NCBI GenBank assembly: GCA_050294405.1
Contig: JBNKOC010000016.1
Span: forward strand, 32,001 to 96,000
DNA: 64,000 nt
Direction of reading: 5' to 3'
Source: Fibrobacteria bacterium
GTDB lineage: Bacteria > Fibrobacterota > Fibrobacteria > UBA11236 > JADFYW01
Every line of letters starts with the position of its first letter. The first letter of the stretch is position 1. Position numbers and translations under genes: made by a program. The notes beneath the pieces are model-generated. The model ran no database searches, was not told the origin of the DNA, and saw only the letters and a program-made list of their open reading frames with translations. Below are positions 36,955 to 46,268 of this stretch, piece after piece.

Positions 36955-39900
36955 GTGAAATATATATCCCAAAAGTCGGAAAAGGCCGCAAAAAAAATAC
37001 TGGATAAATATTATGCCAGTTTGGAACTGGTTCCAGAAAAAAAGAATTATTTAATAGACCTAAACAAATCTTTCGGACCTTATTTAGCCACCCAATCCCA
37101 GGAATATATTTTAGACGCCTCCTCTCAAATCGCTTCCATAGGAGCCGGTTTTAATTCCAGTCCCCTTTTAGGAGCGGCCCAATTTCAGGAGTCTTGGCTA
37201 AATCGAAAAGATAGCTCCTTATTTAAGGAGCTTCGAAAATCTTATGAAAATTTTTTGAAGCGGCAACTGGGCTGGGAAAATGTGAGCAGTCATTTTTGCC
37301 ACAGTGGAGCAGAAGCTAACGAGACAGCTCTTTTTCATTGTTATGAACGGCGGCAATATAAAAGCCGAAAAAAGGTACTGGCATTTAAAGGTTCTTTTCA
37401 TGGAAGAACCCTTGTGTCTTTATCGGCTACCTGGAATCCCCCAAAGCGTGAGCCCTTTGAAATCCCGGGTTTTGAAGCCATATATTCGGATTATCCCGAA
37501 ATGGATAACTCCCAGCCCGAAAAAATATTACCCGATTTAAATTGGCTGAAATTATGGGAAAGGCCTTTCAAAAAGAACTTTAAAAAGGCCTTTGCTGAGC
37601 TGCTAAAGAGTTCTGATTTTTTAATGCGGGAAGAAGCGAAGATCCTTCATCAAATACATGAGCTTTTATCAAGGCAAATCATTTTTGCTGTTTTAATTGA
37701 GCCCATGCAATGTGAAGGGGGCGACAGGTATTCAAGTGCCCGTTTTCACAATGGATTATTAGCCTTATGCCAAGCTCATGGAGTTCCCTTAATTTACGAT
37801 GAAGTTCAAACTGGATTTGGGTTGGGTGGAGTTTTTTTCTGGCATAAGCTTTTTATGCTGCGAAACAGTCGTGGTGCAGAAATTTATCCAGACTATGTTG
37901 TTTGCGCAAAAAAAGCTCAGGCGGGAATTGCGTTGTCCCATCAAAGGATTAACCTGCCTGAGGAGTATTCTTCTGTTTCTCTCATTCGCGGCTTTTTCCA
38001 GGCTGTGGCCATGGAACAATCCTATGATGATATTTCAAACCTCCAGGGACTTTGCCGGGAAAAACTGGAAAAGTTGGCTAAAAAATTTTCCGAATATATT
38101 AAACGGCCGCGGGTCAAAGGCCTTTGTTTTGCTTTTGATTTGCCAGACCAGGATGTGCTTAACCGTTTTGTGAACCTGCGCTTTGAAGAAGGAATCATGT
38201 TTTATCCGGCGGGACAGCTTACTGCAAGGTTCAGGCTATCCTTTGGTTTTAGGTCCAGGGAGGTCTCCCAGCTTTTCCAAAAAATAGAACAATTGCTGCA
38301 ACGATTAAGCGGAGAGTCGGTGAAAGCTTTACCCATGCCTGATTATCCTAAACAGGACTACCATGAAAGCAAAATATTTTTAATGTGGTGGTTGCAGCAA
38401 AAATTGGAACTGTCAACCGCAAAGAAAAAAAAGAAAATTAAAGATGAAATGTTGCTTAAAAATTTCTGCCAAATGTTCCCGAAATTTTTACCGGCAAAAG
38501 CAAAGATAAGTCTGGTAGCATCCCATGACTTTTCAAAATACAAAAAAAGACTTAAGAATTTACAGGAGACAGTTTATGAGCCAAGCAGAAGAACATCGGT
38601 TAAGACTTTTGAGAGAGTATATCAAAATGAATTCGGAATTTTTTTAGCAGTAGAAGTGGGAAGCAAGTTAGTGGGAATGGCCTGCGCAGGTTCCTTGCGC
38701 TTTTTTCCCGAGGAAAGGGGGACACAGAACGACCCTCAAAAAGGAAGCCGCAAAACCATATATATGCTGGATGTAACGATTCATCCCGACTTTAGGGGAG
38801 TTGGATTGGGGAAGTTTTTAAAATACTGTGTTTTGGGATTGGCTTTTAACCGGGGCGCCGAATTTATTAAGGGGCGCAATCGTTCCCGATTGGCAAAACG
38901 GATGTGGTGGTTAAATCAGGGACTTGGAGCCTACCTGCAAAAATTTTTGGAAGGGGATTATCCGGACAGTATACTCCCTAACGACTGCTTATATTATAAC
39001 ATTCCCCTTAAGTTTGCAGATTTGAATCCGAATTTAAAAGAAGCCCATGAGTGTCACCTGACTTCCCGAGATTTAAATGGAAAATATCTCCACAAAAACG
39101 CTCCCAGCCTTGTTAATAAACTTTGCCTTTCAAACTTTGTATCACAAGACTATTTGAAAAGTTTAACCTACATCCGCAAAATTCTCCCTGAAAATTTAAC
39201 AGGTTTGTATTCAGCAAGCGGGGTTTCCGAGGCGGCAGATAAAATATTCAAAGCGCTTTGGCTGAAGAAAAAAAATTCCGCACGGGTAATAGGCTTTAAA
39301 GGGGGCTACTTTGGGGCGGGTAGCTTTTTGTCCAGAGGGTTGTCCGGAATCGGGCAAAATTATTTTCCGGTCAGTCTGTTGCCTAACCCGGACGGCAAGG
39401 GGCAGGAAAATGCTCTTCAAGAGCTATCCGACGAATTGGAACGGGGAGACTGTCTCGGGGTCTTTGTGGAGCCTTTGGCTCAAAGGTCGCTTACCAGGCT
39501 TAAAGAAAGCTCTTTAATTGAGGTGAAAAGCCTTTGTAAGCATTTTAACACCCCCCTGATTTACCACGAAACGGCTTCTTTGTTTAACAGATATAGCGAT
39601 AAATATTTTATTCCCTCACTTAATAAAAAATTGGAGCCCGATATTGGCTTTTTTCATTTGGGAGGGCAAATGTCCTTAATATACATGAAAGAAAAATACT
39701 GGAATAAAACTCCGCTTATGTTTATATCAACCTGGGACGGTGATGAATATAGCCTTAATTCTTTTTGCCATGCCTTAAAAAAGCATTTGGAGAATAAAAA
39801 TTGGAAAAAGGAATTGAAAAAATTTGAATCCTCTGTGAGCAATTTTTTAAAACCGTATATGTCAAAACCGCTTGTTCTTAAAAATGGGGTTGGGTCCTTT

Positions 39901-40023
39901 GAAGCTGGGTTGCCTTTAGAATACCGCCATATGTTTATGGAAGCGGGGTCTGGTAAATACGGGATTTACGCTTCTCCTTCAAATCAAAGGCACTTTACAG
40001 ATTGGCTTGATCAAAGAGGCTAA
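36955..40023 (+). CDS. Tripartite fusion: class III PLP aminotransferase (LAT/GABA-T subgroup) + GNAT acetyltransferase + degenerate class III aminotransferase
   Basis: SGAEANE, FKGSFHGRT, IEPMQCEGGD, DEVQTGFG and CAKKAQ; TIHPDFRGVGLG (GNAT motif A); SGVSEAADK, VFVEPL and YHETAS without a PLP lysine. Confidence 0.8.
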   Translation: MKYISQKSEKAAKKILDKYYASLELVPEKKNYLIDLNKSFGPYLATQSQEYILDASSQIASIGAGFNSSPLLGAAQFQESWLNRKDSSLFKELRKSYENFLKRQLGWENVSSHFCHSGAEANETALFHCYERRQYKSRKKVLAFKGSFHGRTLVSLSATWNPPKREPFEIPGFEAIYSDYPEMDNSQPEKILPDLNWLKLWERPFKKNFKKAFAELLKSSDFLMREEAKILHQIHELLSRQIIFAVLIEPMQCEGGDRYSSARFHNGLLALCQAHGVPLIYDEVQTGFGLGGVFFWHKLFMLRNSRGAEIYPDYVVCAKKAQAGIALSHQRINLPEEYSSVSLIRGFFQAVAMEQSYDDISNLQGLCREKLEKLAKKFSEYIKRPRVKGLCFAFDLPDQDVLNRFVNLRFEEGIMFYPAGQLTARFRLSFGFRSREVSQLFQKIEQLLQRLSGESVKALPMPDYPKQDYHESKIFLMWWLQQKLELSTAKKKKKIKDEMLLKNFCQMFPKFLPAKAKISLVASHDFSKYKKRLKNLQETVYEPSRRTSVKTFERVYQNEFGIFLAVEVGSKLVGMACAGSLRFFPEERGTQNDPQKGSRKTIYMLDVTIHPDFRGVGLGKFLKYCVLGLAFNRGAEFIKGRNRSRLAKRMWWLNQGLGAYLQKFLEGDYPDSILPNDCLYYNIPLKFADLNPNLKEAHECHLTSRDLNGKYLHKNAPSLVNKLCLSNFVSQDYLKSLTYIRKILPENLTGLYSASGVSEAADKIFKALWLKKKNSARVIGFKGGYFGAGSFLSRGLSGIGQNYFPVSLLPNPDGKGQENALQELSDELERGDCLGVFVEPLAQRSLTRLKESSLIEVKSLCKHFNTPLIYHETASLFNRYSDKYFIPSLNKKLEPDIGFFHLGGQMSLIYMKEKYWNKTPLMFISTWDGDEYSLNSFCHALKKHLENKNWKKELKKFESSVSNFLKPYMSKPLVLKNGVGSFEAGLPLEYRHMFMEAGSGKYGIYASPSNQRHFTDWLDQRG

Positions 40024-40026
40024 AAG

Positions 40027-41088
40027 GTGTTTTTTTTTGAATTTCCATCGGGAGCTTCGGCTCGAGAAAGAGGGCGAATACACGGGGAAGCCTTTCGCAG
40101 GGAAATTCATGAATTAGCCCAAATAAGGATAAATCTTATCCGGGAACGCCACCCCAGTGTTTCCTCCCACAAAATTAAAAACGAAGCTCGTCTTCAATTT
40201 GAACAAACATCTGAATGGAATGAGTATTTGGGCGAAGAGTTAATGGGCATTTCCGAAGCTGCCAAAATAGATCTTGAAGAAATAGTGGTTTTAAACAATT
40301 ATACCGATTTTAGAGATCTTCCGCTGGAAGAACAAGGCTGCACTACCGTGGGAATAGTTGAGCCGGAAAAAGTATGGATGGGACAAACATGGGATATGCA
40401 TCAAAGCGCCAAGTCTTTTGTCCGGCTTTTTAAATTTCCCGCTGAAAAAAATATTCCCGCACAATGGGTCTTTTCCCTTACCGGTTGCTTGGGTATGGCG
40501 GGAATTAACTCTCTGGGGAGAGCTGTGGGAGTTAATAACATCAATACAATTGGCGCTGTGTCTTCATTAATCTGGCCTGCCATGGTGAGAGGGGCCCTTA
40601 GCGCGCCAGTTGAAGCTAACTGGAAGTCGGCAATTATAGATTCAAAGCCCAGTTCGGGCCACGGGTATATGTTAGGAGAAACCCATCAAATCCAAATATA
40701 CGAAATATCTCCCCGCCAGCTGGAATTGGTTTCTTATTCCAATCTTAAGCACCCTGGTTGGGTATTGCACACAAACCACTGTATGGGAACGATACATCGG
40801 GAGTTGGAGTCCCGCGGGTTTTTATCTTCAACTACTTACGACCGTTATCGCCTGGCGGAAAAAAAGCTGGAGTCGCTTAAATCCTTTGAGGATTTTATCG
40901 CACTTTTTAAAAGCCATGAAGGTTATCCGAAATCCGTTTGCAGCCATTTTCAAAGCAATTCCCAGGACCCTTCAGCAACCTGCGGAGGGTTTGTGGTGGA
41001 TTTTTTAGGTTCAAAGGCTCAATTTTGGAAAGGTTGTGAAAAGGAAGATAACATTTATGAAAAAATGGAAATCAATATAAAACAATGA
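40027..41088 (+). CDS. Peptidase C45 / acyl-CoA acyltransferase (AAT) family Ntn hydrolase
   Basis: RERGRIHGE, EQG-CTT autocleavage site, GQTWD, GMAGINSLG, HTNH and SSTTYDRY. Confidence 0.85.
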   Translation: MFFFEFPSGASARERGRIHGEAFRREIHELAQIRINLIRERHPSVSSHKIKNEARLQFEQTSEWNEYLGEELMGISEAAKIDLEEIVVLNNYTDFRDLPLEEQGCTTVGIVEPEKVWMGQTWDMHQSAKSFVRLFKFPAEKNIPAQWVFSLTGCLGMAGINSLGRAVGVNNINTIGAVSSLIWPAMVRGALSAPVEANWKSAIIDSKPSSGHGYMLGETHQIQIYEISPRQLELVSYSNLKHPGWVLHTNHCMGTIHRELESRGFLSSTTYDRYRLAEKKLESLKSFEDFIALFKSHEGYPKSVCSHFQSNSQDPSATCGGFVVDFLGSKAQFWKGCEKEDNIYEKMEINIKQ

Positions 41089-42275
41089 GTACGCGTCCGT
41101 ATTATAAAACCTGGTCTATTCAGAGCGAAGCTCCTTACCTGCCAGTAGCAGGAGCCGAAGGAACCCAATTTATTATGGAGAACGGTGAGAAAGTGCACGA
41201 TTTGATTTCCACCAGTTTCCAAGCCGGTTTTGGCCATAGTCAGGCTGTTATCTTGAATCGAATTCGCAGCCAGATGGAGGTTCAAGCTACTGCTTTCCCC
41301 AAGGCAGATAACATTTCAGTAAAAAATGTAAGCAAAGAGTTACTCGCCTATTTAAAATTGGACGAGGGCAAAATTTTTTATACGGTATCGGGAGCGGAAG
41401 GAATTGAAAATGCATTGAAAATGGCTAGACAAATCCGAAAGGCGGAAATTGTTTTAGCCCGGGAAAACAGCTATCACGGAGCCAGCCTGGGAGCTTTGTC
41501 GGTAACAGGGGATTGGCGGAATAAAGCCCATAAAACCGTTAACTATTGGACAATTAGGATTCCCGAACCAACGGCTGAAAATGCCATTGGGCATACCAGG
41601 CAATTGATTGAAGATGTGGGCTCTGATAACATTGCGGCATTTTGCCTGGAAACGATATCGGGAGCCAATGGAGTAATCACGGGTGATCCAAAATGGTGGA
41701 CTGGAATTCAGGAGCTTTGCGATGAATTTGGCATCTTATTAATTCTGGATGAAGTAACATGTGGGTTCCGCCGCACAGGATCTGCATTTGCCTTTCAAAA
41801 ATTCCCCATACATCCTCATTTTGTGGTTTTGGGGAAAGCTATTAGCGGTGGATACATTCCTTTTGGAGCTGTGTGGACGCACAAGAAAATATCAGGATTT
41901 TATGAAAAGCAAATGTTTGCCTGCGGCTTAACCAACTATGCCCATCCTTTGGGACTAGCTGCCCTGGAAGGGGTTTTGGACTTGTTAAATGCGAAGGGCT
42001 TTATCAAAACCGTTGAAGAACTGGAAGAAACATTTGCAAAAGAGTTAAAAGAATTGGAGAAGCTGAAATCCGTTAAAGCAATCCGGGTCCACGGATTGTT
42101 GTCGGCTATAGATTTTCATTCCACTACTTTGGATTGGCAAAAACTGTTTAAAGCAGGGATACATGTTATGGCAAGCACCAATCGCATTATCCTGGCTCCT
42201 CCATTGGCAATGTCAAAGGAACATTTACATGAGGCAATGGGAATATTAAGATCACAGATAGGGGGTGGTAAATGA
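41085..42275 (+). CDS. Class III (omega/beta-amino acid) aminotransferase
   Basis: SGAEGIENALK, SYHGAS, LILDEVTCGFRRTG, GKAISGGY and GLTNYAHP; ATGA overlap with the upstream gene. Confidence 0.9.
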   Translation: MSTRPYYKTWSIQSEAPYLPVAGAEGTQFIMENGEKVHDLISTSFQAGFGHSQAVILNRIRSQMEVQATAFPKADNISVKNVSKELLAYLKLDEGKIFYTVSGAEGIENALKMARQIRKAEIVLARENSYHGASLGALSVTGDWRNKAHKTVNYWTIRIPEPTAENAIGHTRQLIEDVGSDNIAAFCLETISGANGVITGDPKWWTGIQELCDEFGILLILDEVTCGFRRTGSAFAFQKFPIHPHFVVLGKAISGGYIPFGAVWTHKKISGFYEKQMFACGLTNYAHPLGLAALEGVLDLLNAKGFIKTVEELEETFAKELKELEKLKSVKAIRVHGLLSAIDFHSTTLDWQKLFKAGIHVMASTNRIILAPPLAMSKEHLHEAMGILRSQIGGGK

Positions 42276-42994
42276 GCAACAACCCCTGGAATAAAATATG
42301 TAGCGGTCCAGATGAAGCGCTCCGCGATATTTCTGACGGCGCCGTGATCATGAGCGGGGGATTTGGGCTCTGCGGAATTCCGGAAAACTCTATTGAGGAA
42401 TTGCGTCGGAAAAAAATTGGAAATCTCAGCGTGATTTCAAATAACATTGGAAACTCTGGCAGAGGTTTAGCTGTGCTTTTGCAAAACCGGCAAATAACCA
42501 AAGCCTATTGCAGTTTTGTGGGTGGCAACCCGGATTTGGAAGCGCAGATGCTAAGTGGGGAAGTCGAAGTGGAGTTGATTCCCCAAGGGACATTCGCTGA
42601 ACGCATCCGGGCCGCCGGTATGGGAATCCGCGCTTTTTATACTCCCACTGGAGCTGGGACGGTTTTGGAATCTAAACGGGAAGTTCGCCAATTCGACAAA
42701 CCATGCTTGTTGGAATACGCTTTGGAGGCTGATTTCGCCATTATTAAAGCCCAATGTGCGGATTCATACGGGAATCTAAAATTCAGAGAAACGGCTCGTA
42801 ATTTTTCTCCTTTAATGGCGATGGCCGGGAAATGTACCATAGTAGAAGTGGAAGAACTTTATTTAGACAGTTATTTAGACCCCGATGAAGTTCATTTGCC
42901 TGGAATATTCGTCCAGAGGATTTATCAGGGAACTAACTATCACAATGACATTGAATTTTTAAAAGTCAAGGATGAAGGCCATGGACGAGATTGA
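42272..42994 (+). CDS. 3-oxoacid CoA-transferase subunit A
   Basis: MSGGFGLCGIPEN, PQGTFAERIRAAG, FYTPTG and ARNFSPLMAMA. Confidence 0.93.
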   Translation: MSNNPWNKICSGPDEALRDISDGAVIMSGGFGLCGIPENSIEELRRKKIGNLSVISNNIGNSGRGLAVLLQNRQITKAYCSFVGGNPDLEAQMLSGEVEVELIPQGTFAERIRAAGMGIRAFYTPTGAGTVLESKREVRQFDKPCLLEYALEADFAIIKAQCADSYGNLKFRETARNFSPLMAMAGKCTIVEVEELYLDSYLDPDEVHLPGIFVQRIYQGTNYHNDIEFLKVKDEGHGRD

Positions 42995-44363
42995 AAAAGA
43001 TTTCCCCCACCGTCAGTTTAGGGATGATAGGTTTTGGCAGGAAATCCCGGCCTGGAAAGATGTAAGTGAGTCCCAATTCGCAGATTACAAGTGGCAATCA
43101 AAGAACTCCATTCGAAAACTATCCCAACTAAAAGAAATCCTGGGAAATCGTATTTCCAATCACATGTTAGCGGATATTCAAAATGGATTGGAAAAAACTC
43201 CAATGAATATACGTATCACTCCTTATGTATTTTCCCTCATTGATTGGGAAAACCCGGTGCACGATCCCTTGCGAAAGCAATTTTTACCCATAGCTTCCCA
43301 ATTTTTACCTAACCATCCCTACTATATGGAGGACTCTTTACATGAGGATGTGGATTCTCCCATTCCTTTATTGACCCATCGCTATCCGGACAAAGTGTTA
43401 TTTTTGCCGCTAACCACTTGCCCTGTATATTGCTCTTATTGTACCCGTAGCCGAGTTATTGGGGGCTCCACGGAATCTGTTGAAAAAGATACTTACGGGG
43501 CAAACGCCACTCAGTGGGAAGGTGTTTTTGAGTATTTAAGAAAACACAAGGAAGTGGAAGATGTGGTTGTATCCGGAGGGGACAGTTATAACCTGACGGC
43601 GAAACAGGTTCGATACATTGGTGAAACTCTGCTGAATATTCCAAACATCAGAAGAATTCGCTATGCCACAAAAGGAATCGCTATTTTCCCCATGAAAGTA
43701 TTAACAGACGATTCCTGGTTTGAAGCTATTTTGGAAGTTATTCGAAAAGGGCGTAGCATGGGGAAACAGGTTTTTATCCACACTCATTTTTCCAGCCCCC
43801 GGGAAATTACGGTTTGGAGCAAAAGAGCTATGGAAAGGCTTTGGGCAGAAGGAGTTGTGGTGCGCAACCAGGCTGTGCTGCAAACGGGAGTCAATGATAC
43901 CGTAGAGCAAATGACTCTTCTCACCAAAAAATTGGGATACATCAATATCCAGCCTTATTATGTGTACATCCATGACATGGTTCCGGGCTGCGAACATTTC
44001 AGGACAACATTGGCTGAGGCTATTGAACTGGAAAAAGCTGTGAGGGGTTCCACGGCTGGCTTTAATATTCCCACTTTTGTTTGTGATGCGCCAGGGGGAG
44101 GCGGGAAACGGAATATTGGGACCTATGAAGTTTATGATCGGGAAAACGGAATTTCTGTTTGGACTGCTCCCGAAGTAAAACCCGGTGAAGTGTTTGTCTA
44201 TTTTGATCCCATTCACAAACTTTCCCTTGAAGCTCAGGAACGTTGGAAACACAAACGCAGCCGTGAACAAATGTTAAAAGCGGCGGTGCGGAAGGTCAAT
44301 CCCAACATTAAAAACATCAAAAAAGAAATCATTGAAAAAAGACTGGCGGCGGCGAGAGCTTAA
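42972..44363 (+). CDS. kamA: KamA-family radical SAM 2,3-aminomutase (lysine 2,3-aminomutase-like)
   Basis: LTHRYPDKVLF, CPVYCSYCTR (CxxxCxxC), SGGD, NQAVL..GVND and DAPGGGGK (PLP lysine). Substrate not proven. Confidence 0.88.
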   Translation: MKAMDEIEKDFPHRQFRDDRFWQEIPAWKDVSESQFADYKWQSKNSIRKLSQLKEILGNRISNHMLADIQNGLEKTPMNIRITPYVFSLIDWENPVHDPLRKQFLPIASQFLPNHPYYMEDSLHEDVDSPIPLLTHRYPDKVLFLPLTTCPVYCSYCTRSRVIGGSTESVEKDTYGANATQWEGVFEYLRKHKEVEDVVVSGGDSYNLTAKQVRYIGETLLNIPNIRRIRYATKGIAIFPMKVLTDDSWFEAILEVIRKGRSMGKQVFIHTHFSSPREITVWSKRAMERLWAEGVVVRNQAVLQTGVNDTVEQMTLLTKKLGYINIQPYYVYIHDMVPGCEHFRTTLAEAIELEKAVRGSTAGFNIPTFVCDAPGGGGKRNIGTYEVYDRENGISVWTAPEVKPGEVFVYFDPIHKLSLEAQERWKHKRSREQMLKAAVRKVNPNIKNIKKEIIEKRLAAARA

Positions 44364-44998
44364 TGGAAAAAGGGTGGACCACAGAAAAGATGGCTTTGGA
44401 AGTGATTGGGATGTTTAGCCCTAATTCTACAGTCAATCTTGGAATTGGCATGCCAACTTTGGTTGCTGAATTGATGCCTCAAAATCATTCCATGATTATC
44501 CATTCCGAAAACGGTGTATTAGGGGTTGGAGGTTGGCCGGAAGAGAAGGATGTTTCTCCTACACTAATAAACGCAGGAAAGCAGACCATTTCCATTGTTC
44601 CCGGGGGAAGTTTTTTTGACAGTGCTATGAGTTTTGGAATGATTCGGGGTGGCCATGTTGATTATTGCGTTTTAGGAGGCATGGAAGTAGATGTTCAGGG
44701 GAACTTGGCGAATTGGATGATACCTGGTAAAAAAATTATGGGAATGGGCGGAGCTATGGATCTCGTTCACGGGGCAAAGTGCGTGATTGTAATGCTTAAC
44801 CATTTTAATAAAGACGGAGAGTGCAAGTTGCTTGAACAGTGCAGGTTGCCTCTAACCGGAAAAGAGGTGGTTCACAAAATTGTCACGGATTATGGAATAT
44901 TTTTACCCCATGGCGAGTATTTTATCATTCAAAAATTAGCCCCCAATGTTTCGGAAGTCGATTTAAAAAAAGGGGCGGATCTATTCCGCTGGAGCTAA
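44363..44998 (+). CDS. 3-oxoacid CoA-transferase subunit B
   Basis: VNLGIGMPTLVA, HSENG (catalytic Glu), FGMIRGGHVD and GMGGAMDLV. Confidence 0.93.
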   Translation: MEKGWTTEKMALEVIGMFSPNSTVNLGIGMPTLVAELMPQNHSMIIHSENGVLGVGGWPEEKDVSPTLINAGKQTISIVPGGSFFDSAMSFGMIRGGHVDYCVLGGMEVDVQGNLANWMIPGKKIMGMGGAMDLVHGAKCVIVMLNHFNKDGECKLLEQCRLPLTGKEVVHKIVTDYGIFLPHGEYFIIQKLAPNVSEVDLKKGADLFRWS

Positions 44999-46137
44999 TG
45001 GAAAAAGTCTATTTAGCCCATGGTTTAAGAACGCCTTTTGGAAAGGCGCACAAGGGAATGTTTGCTAATATTAGACCGGATGACCTTTTGTGCCAGTTAT
45101 TTCAAAAACAACTAAGCCTTTGTTCAAATATTACTCCGGAGGAAATTGAAGAGGTAGTGGTTGGATGCGCCTACCCGGAAGGAGAACAAGGGTATAACGT
45201 GGCAAGAATGACAGCCCTTGGAGCAGGAATTGACGCTTCAGGAGTTACAATCAATCGCCTGTGCGGATCCTCCTTGGAGGCCCTGGGAATTTGCTTTCTA
45301 AAAGTTAGACAGGGGATGGGGCAGGTGTATTTATGTGGCGGTGTAGAAAGTATGAGCCGGGTTCCAAGGAGGGGTGCAAATTTTTCCGAATCGGATTTTA
45401 TAAAAAAAAGGAGTCCGGAGGCCTATGTTAACATGGGAATAACCGCCGAAAATTTGTGTAAAAAATATTCCTTTTCACGGGAAGAACAGGAAGACTTTGC
45501 ATGCAGGAGCCACGAGTTAGCTCATTCGGCATTTTCCCTTGGAAAGTATGAGTCCATGTTATGGTCCTATTACGGCCAAAAGGATGAGCTTATCAAATAC
45601 CCAATAAATAGGGAAAAAATTCGCAGTTTGCCTTCTGCTTTTATTCCGGGTGGAACTGTTACCGCAGCAACAAGTTCACCTTTGTCGGATGGGGCGTCAT
45701 GTGCTCTTGTTATTTCCGAATCAAAGATGAGGGAAATGGAAATAGAATACGCTTTGGAGTTGGTCGGATTTTGCACTGCGCCAGTAAGTCCAGAGTTAAT
45801 GGGATTAGGCCCGGTGCCTGCTGTGGAAAAGCTTTTAAAGAAACATGGATTGAACCAAAAAGATATTGCTGTTTGGGAAATCAATGAGGCTTTTTCAATT
45901 CAGGTATTGGCTTGTCTTAAGGACTTAAACATACCCGCTAAAAATGTAAATTTGTGGGGGGGAGCCCTTTCCTTGGGACACCCTTTAGGCGCTTCGGGGC
46001 TTAGACTGGTTCTCACGCTATGGCATCGTTTGCTTGAAGAAGGAAAACCTAATTCATACGGGATAGCAACTCTTTGCGTAGGTGGAGGGCAAGGAATGGC
46101 GCTACTGGCTAGATTGAGCAGAATTCCCACATATTGA
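44998..46137 (+). CDS. Thiolase (acetyl-CoA C-acyltransferase)
   Basis: RTPFGK, NRLCGSSL, GVESMS, EINEAF, GHPLGASG and LCVGGGQG. Start moved to ATG 44998 (TAATG overlap). Confidence 0.93.
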   Translation: MEKVYLAHGLRTPFGKAHKGMFANIRPDDLLCQLFQKQLSLCSNITPEEIEEVVVGCAYPEGEQGYNVARMTALGAGIDASGVTINRLCGSSLEALGICFLKVRQGMGQVYLCGGVESMSRVPRRGANFSESDFIKKRSPEAYVNMGITAENLCKKYSFSREEQEDFACRSHELAHSAFSLGKYESMLWSYYGQKDELIKYPINREKIRSLPSAFIPGGTVTAATSSPLSDGASCALVISESKMREMEIEYALELVGFCTAPVSPELMGLGPVPAVEKLLKKHGLNQKDIAVWEINEAFSIQVLACLKDLNIPAKNVNLWGGALSLGHPLGASGLRLVLTLWHRLLEEGKPNSYGIATLCVGGGQGMALLARLSRIPTY

Positions 46138-46268
46138 ATCCTTGTGCCAGTCGCTTTTGCAGGTATTTTGTCAAATTGTCAACAAATTGACTCCCATGGG
46201 TTTTAGGGGTACAATTTTTCTAGTTCGCTTTTATTATAGAAACTGGGTTTTACAAAAAGCCAATATTA

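Noticed and set aside
36955..41088. Beta-lactam biosynthesis (LAT-like domain plus isopenicillin-N acyltransferase-like C45)
   Set aside because: No ACV synthetase, IPNS or NRPS is present; the neighbours are catabolic CoA transferase and thiolase.
44839..44997. ORF-track N-terminal extensions (thiolase 44839, CheA 50145, RR 49757, barrel 62255, DUF4380 27748)
   Set aside because: They overlap upstream genes or promoters; downstream ATGs give family-typical N-termini.
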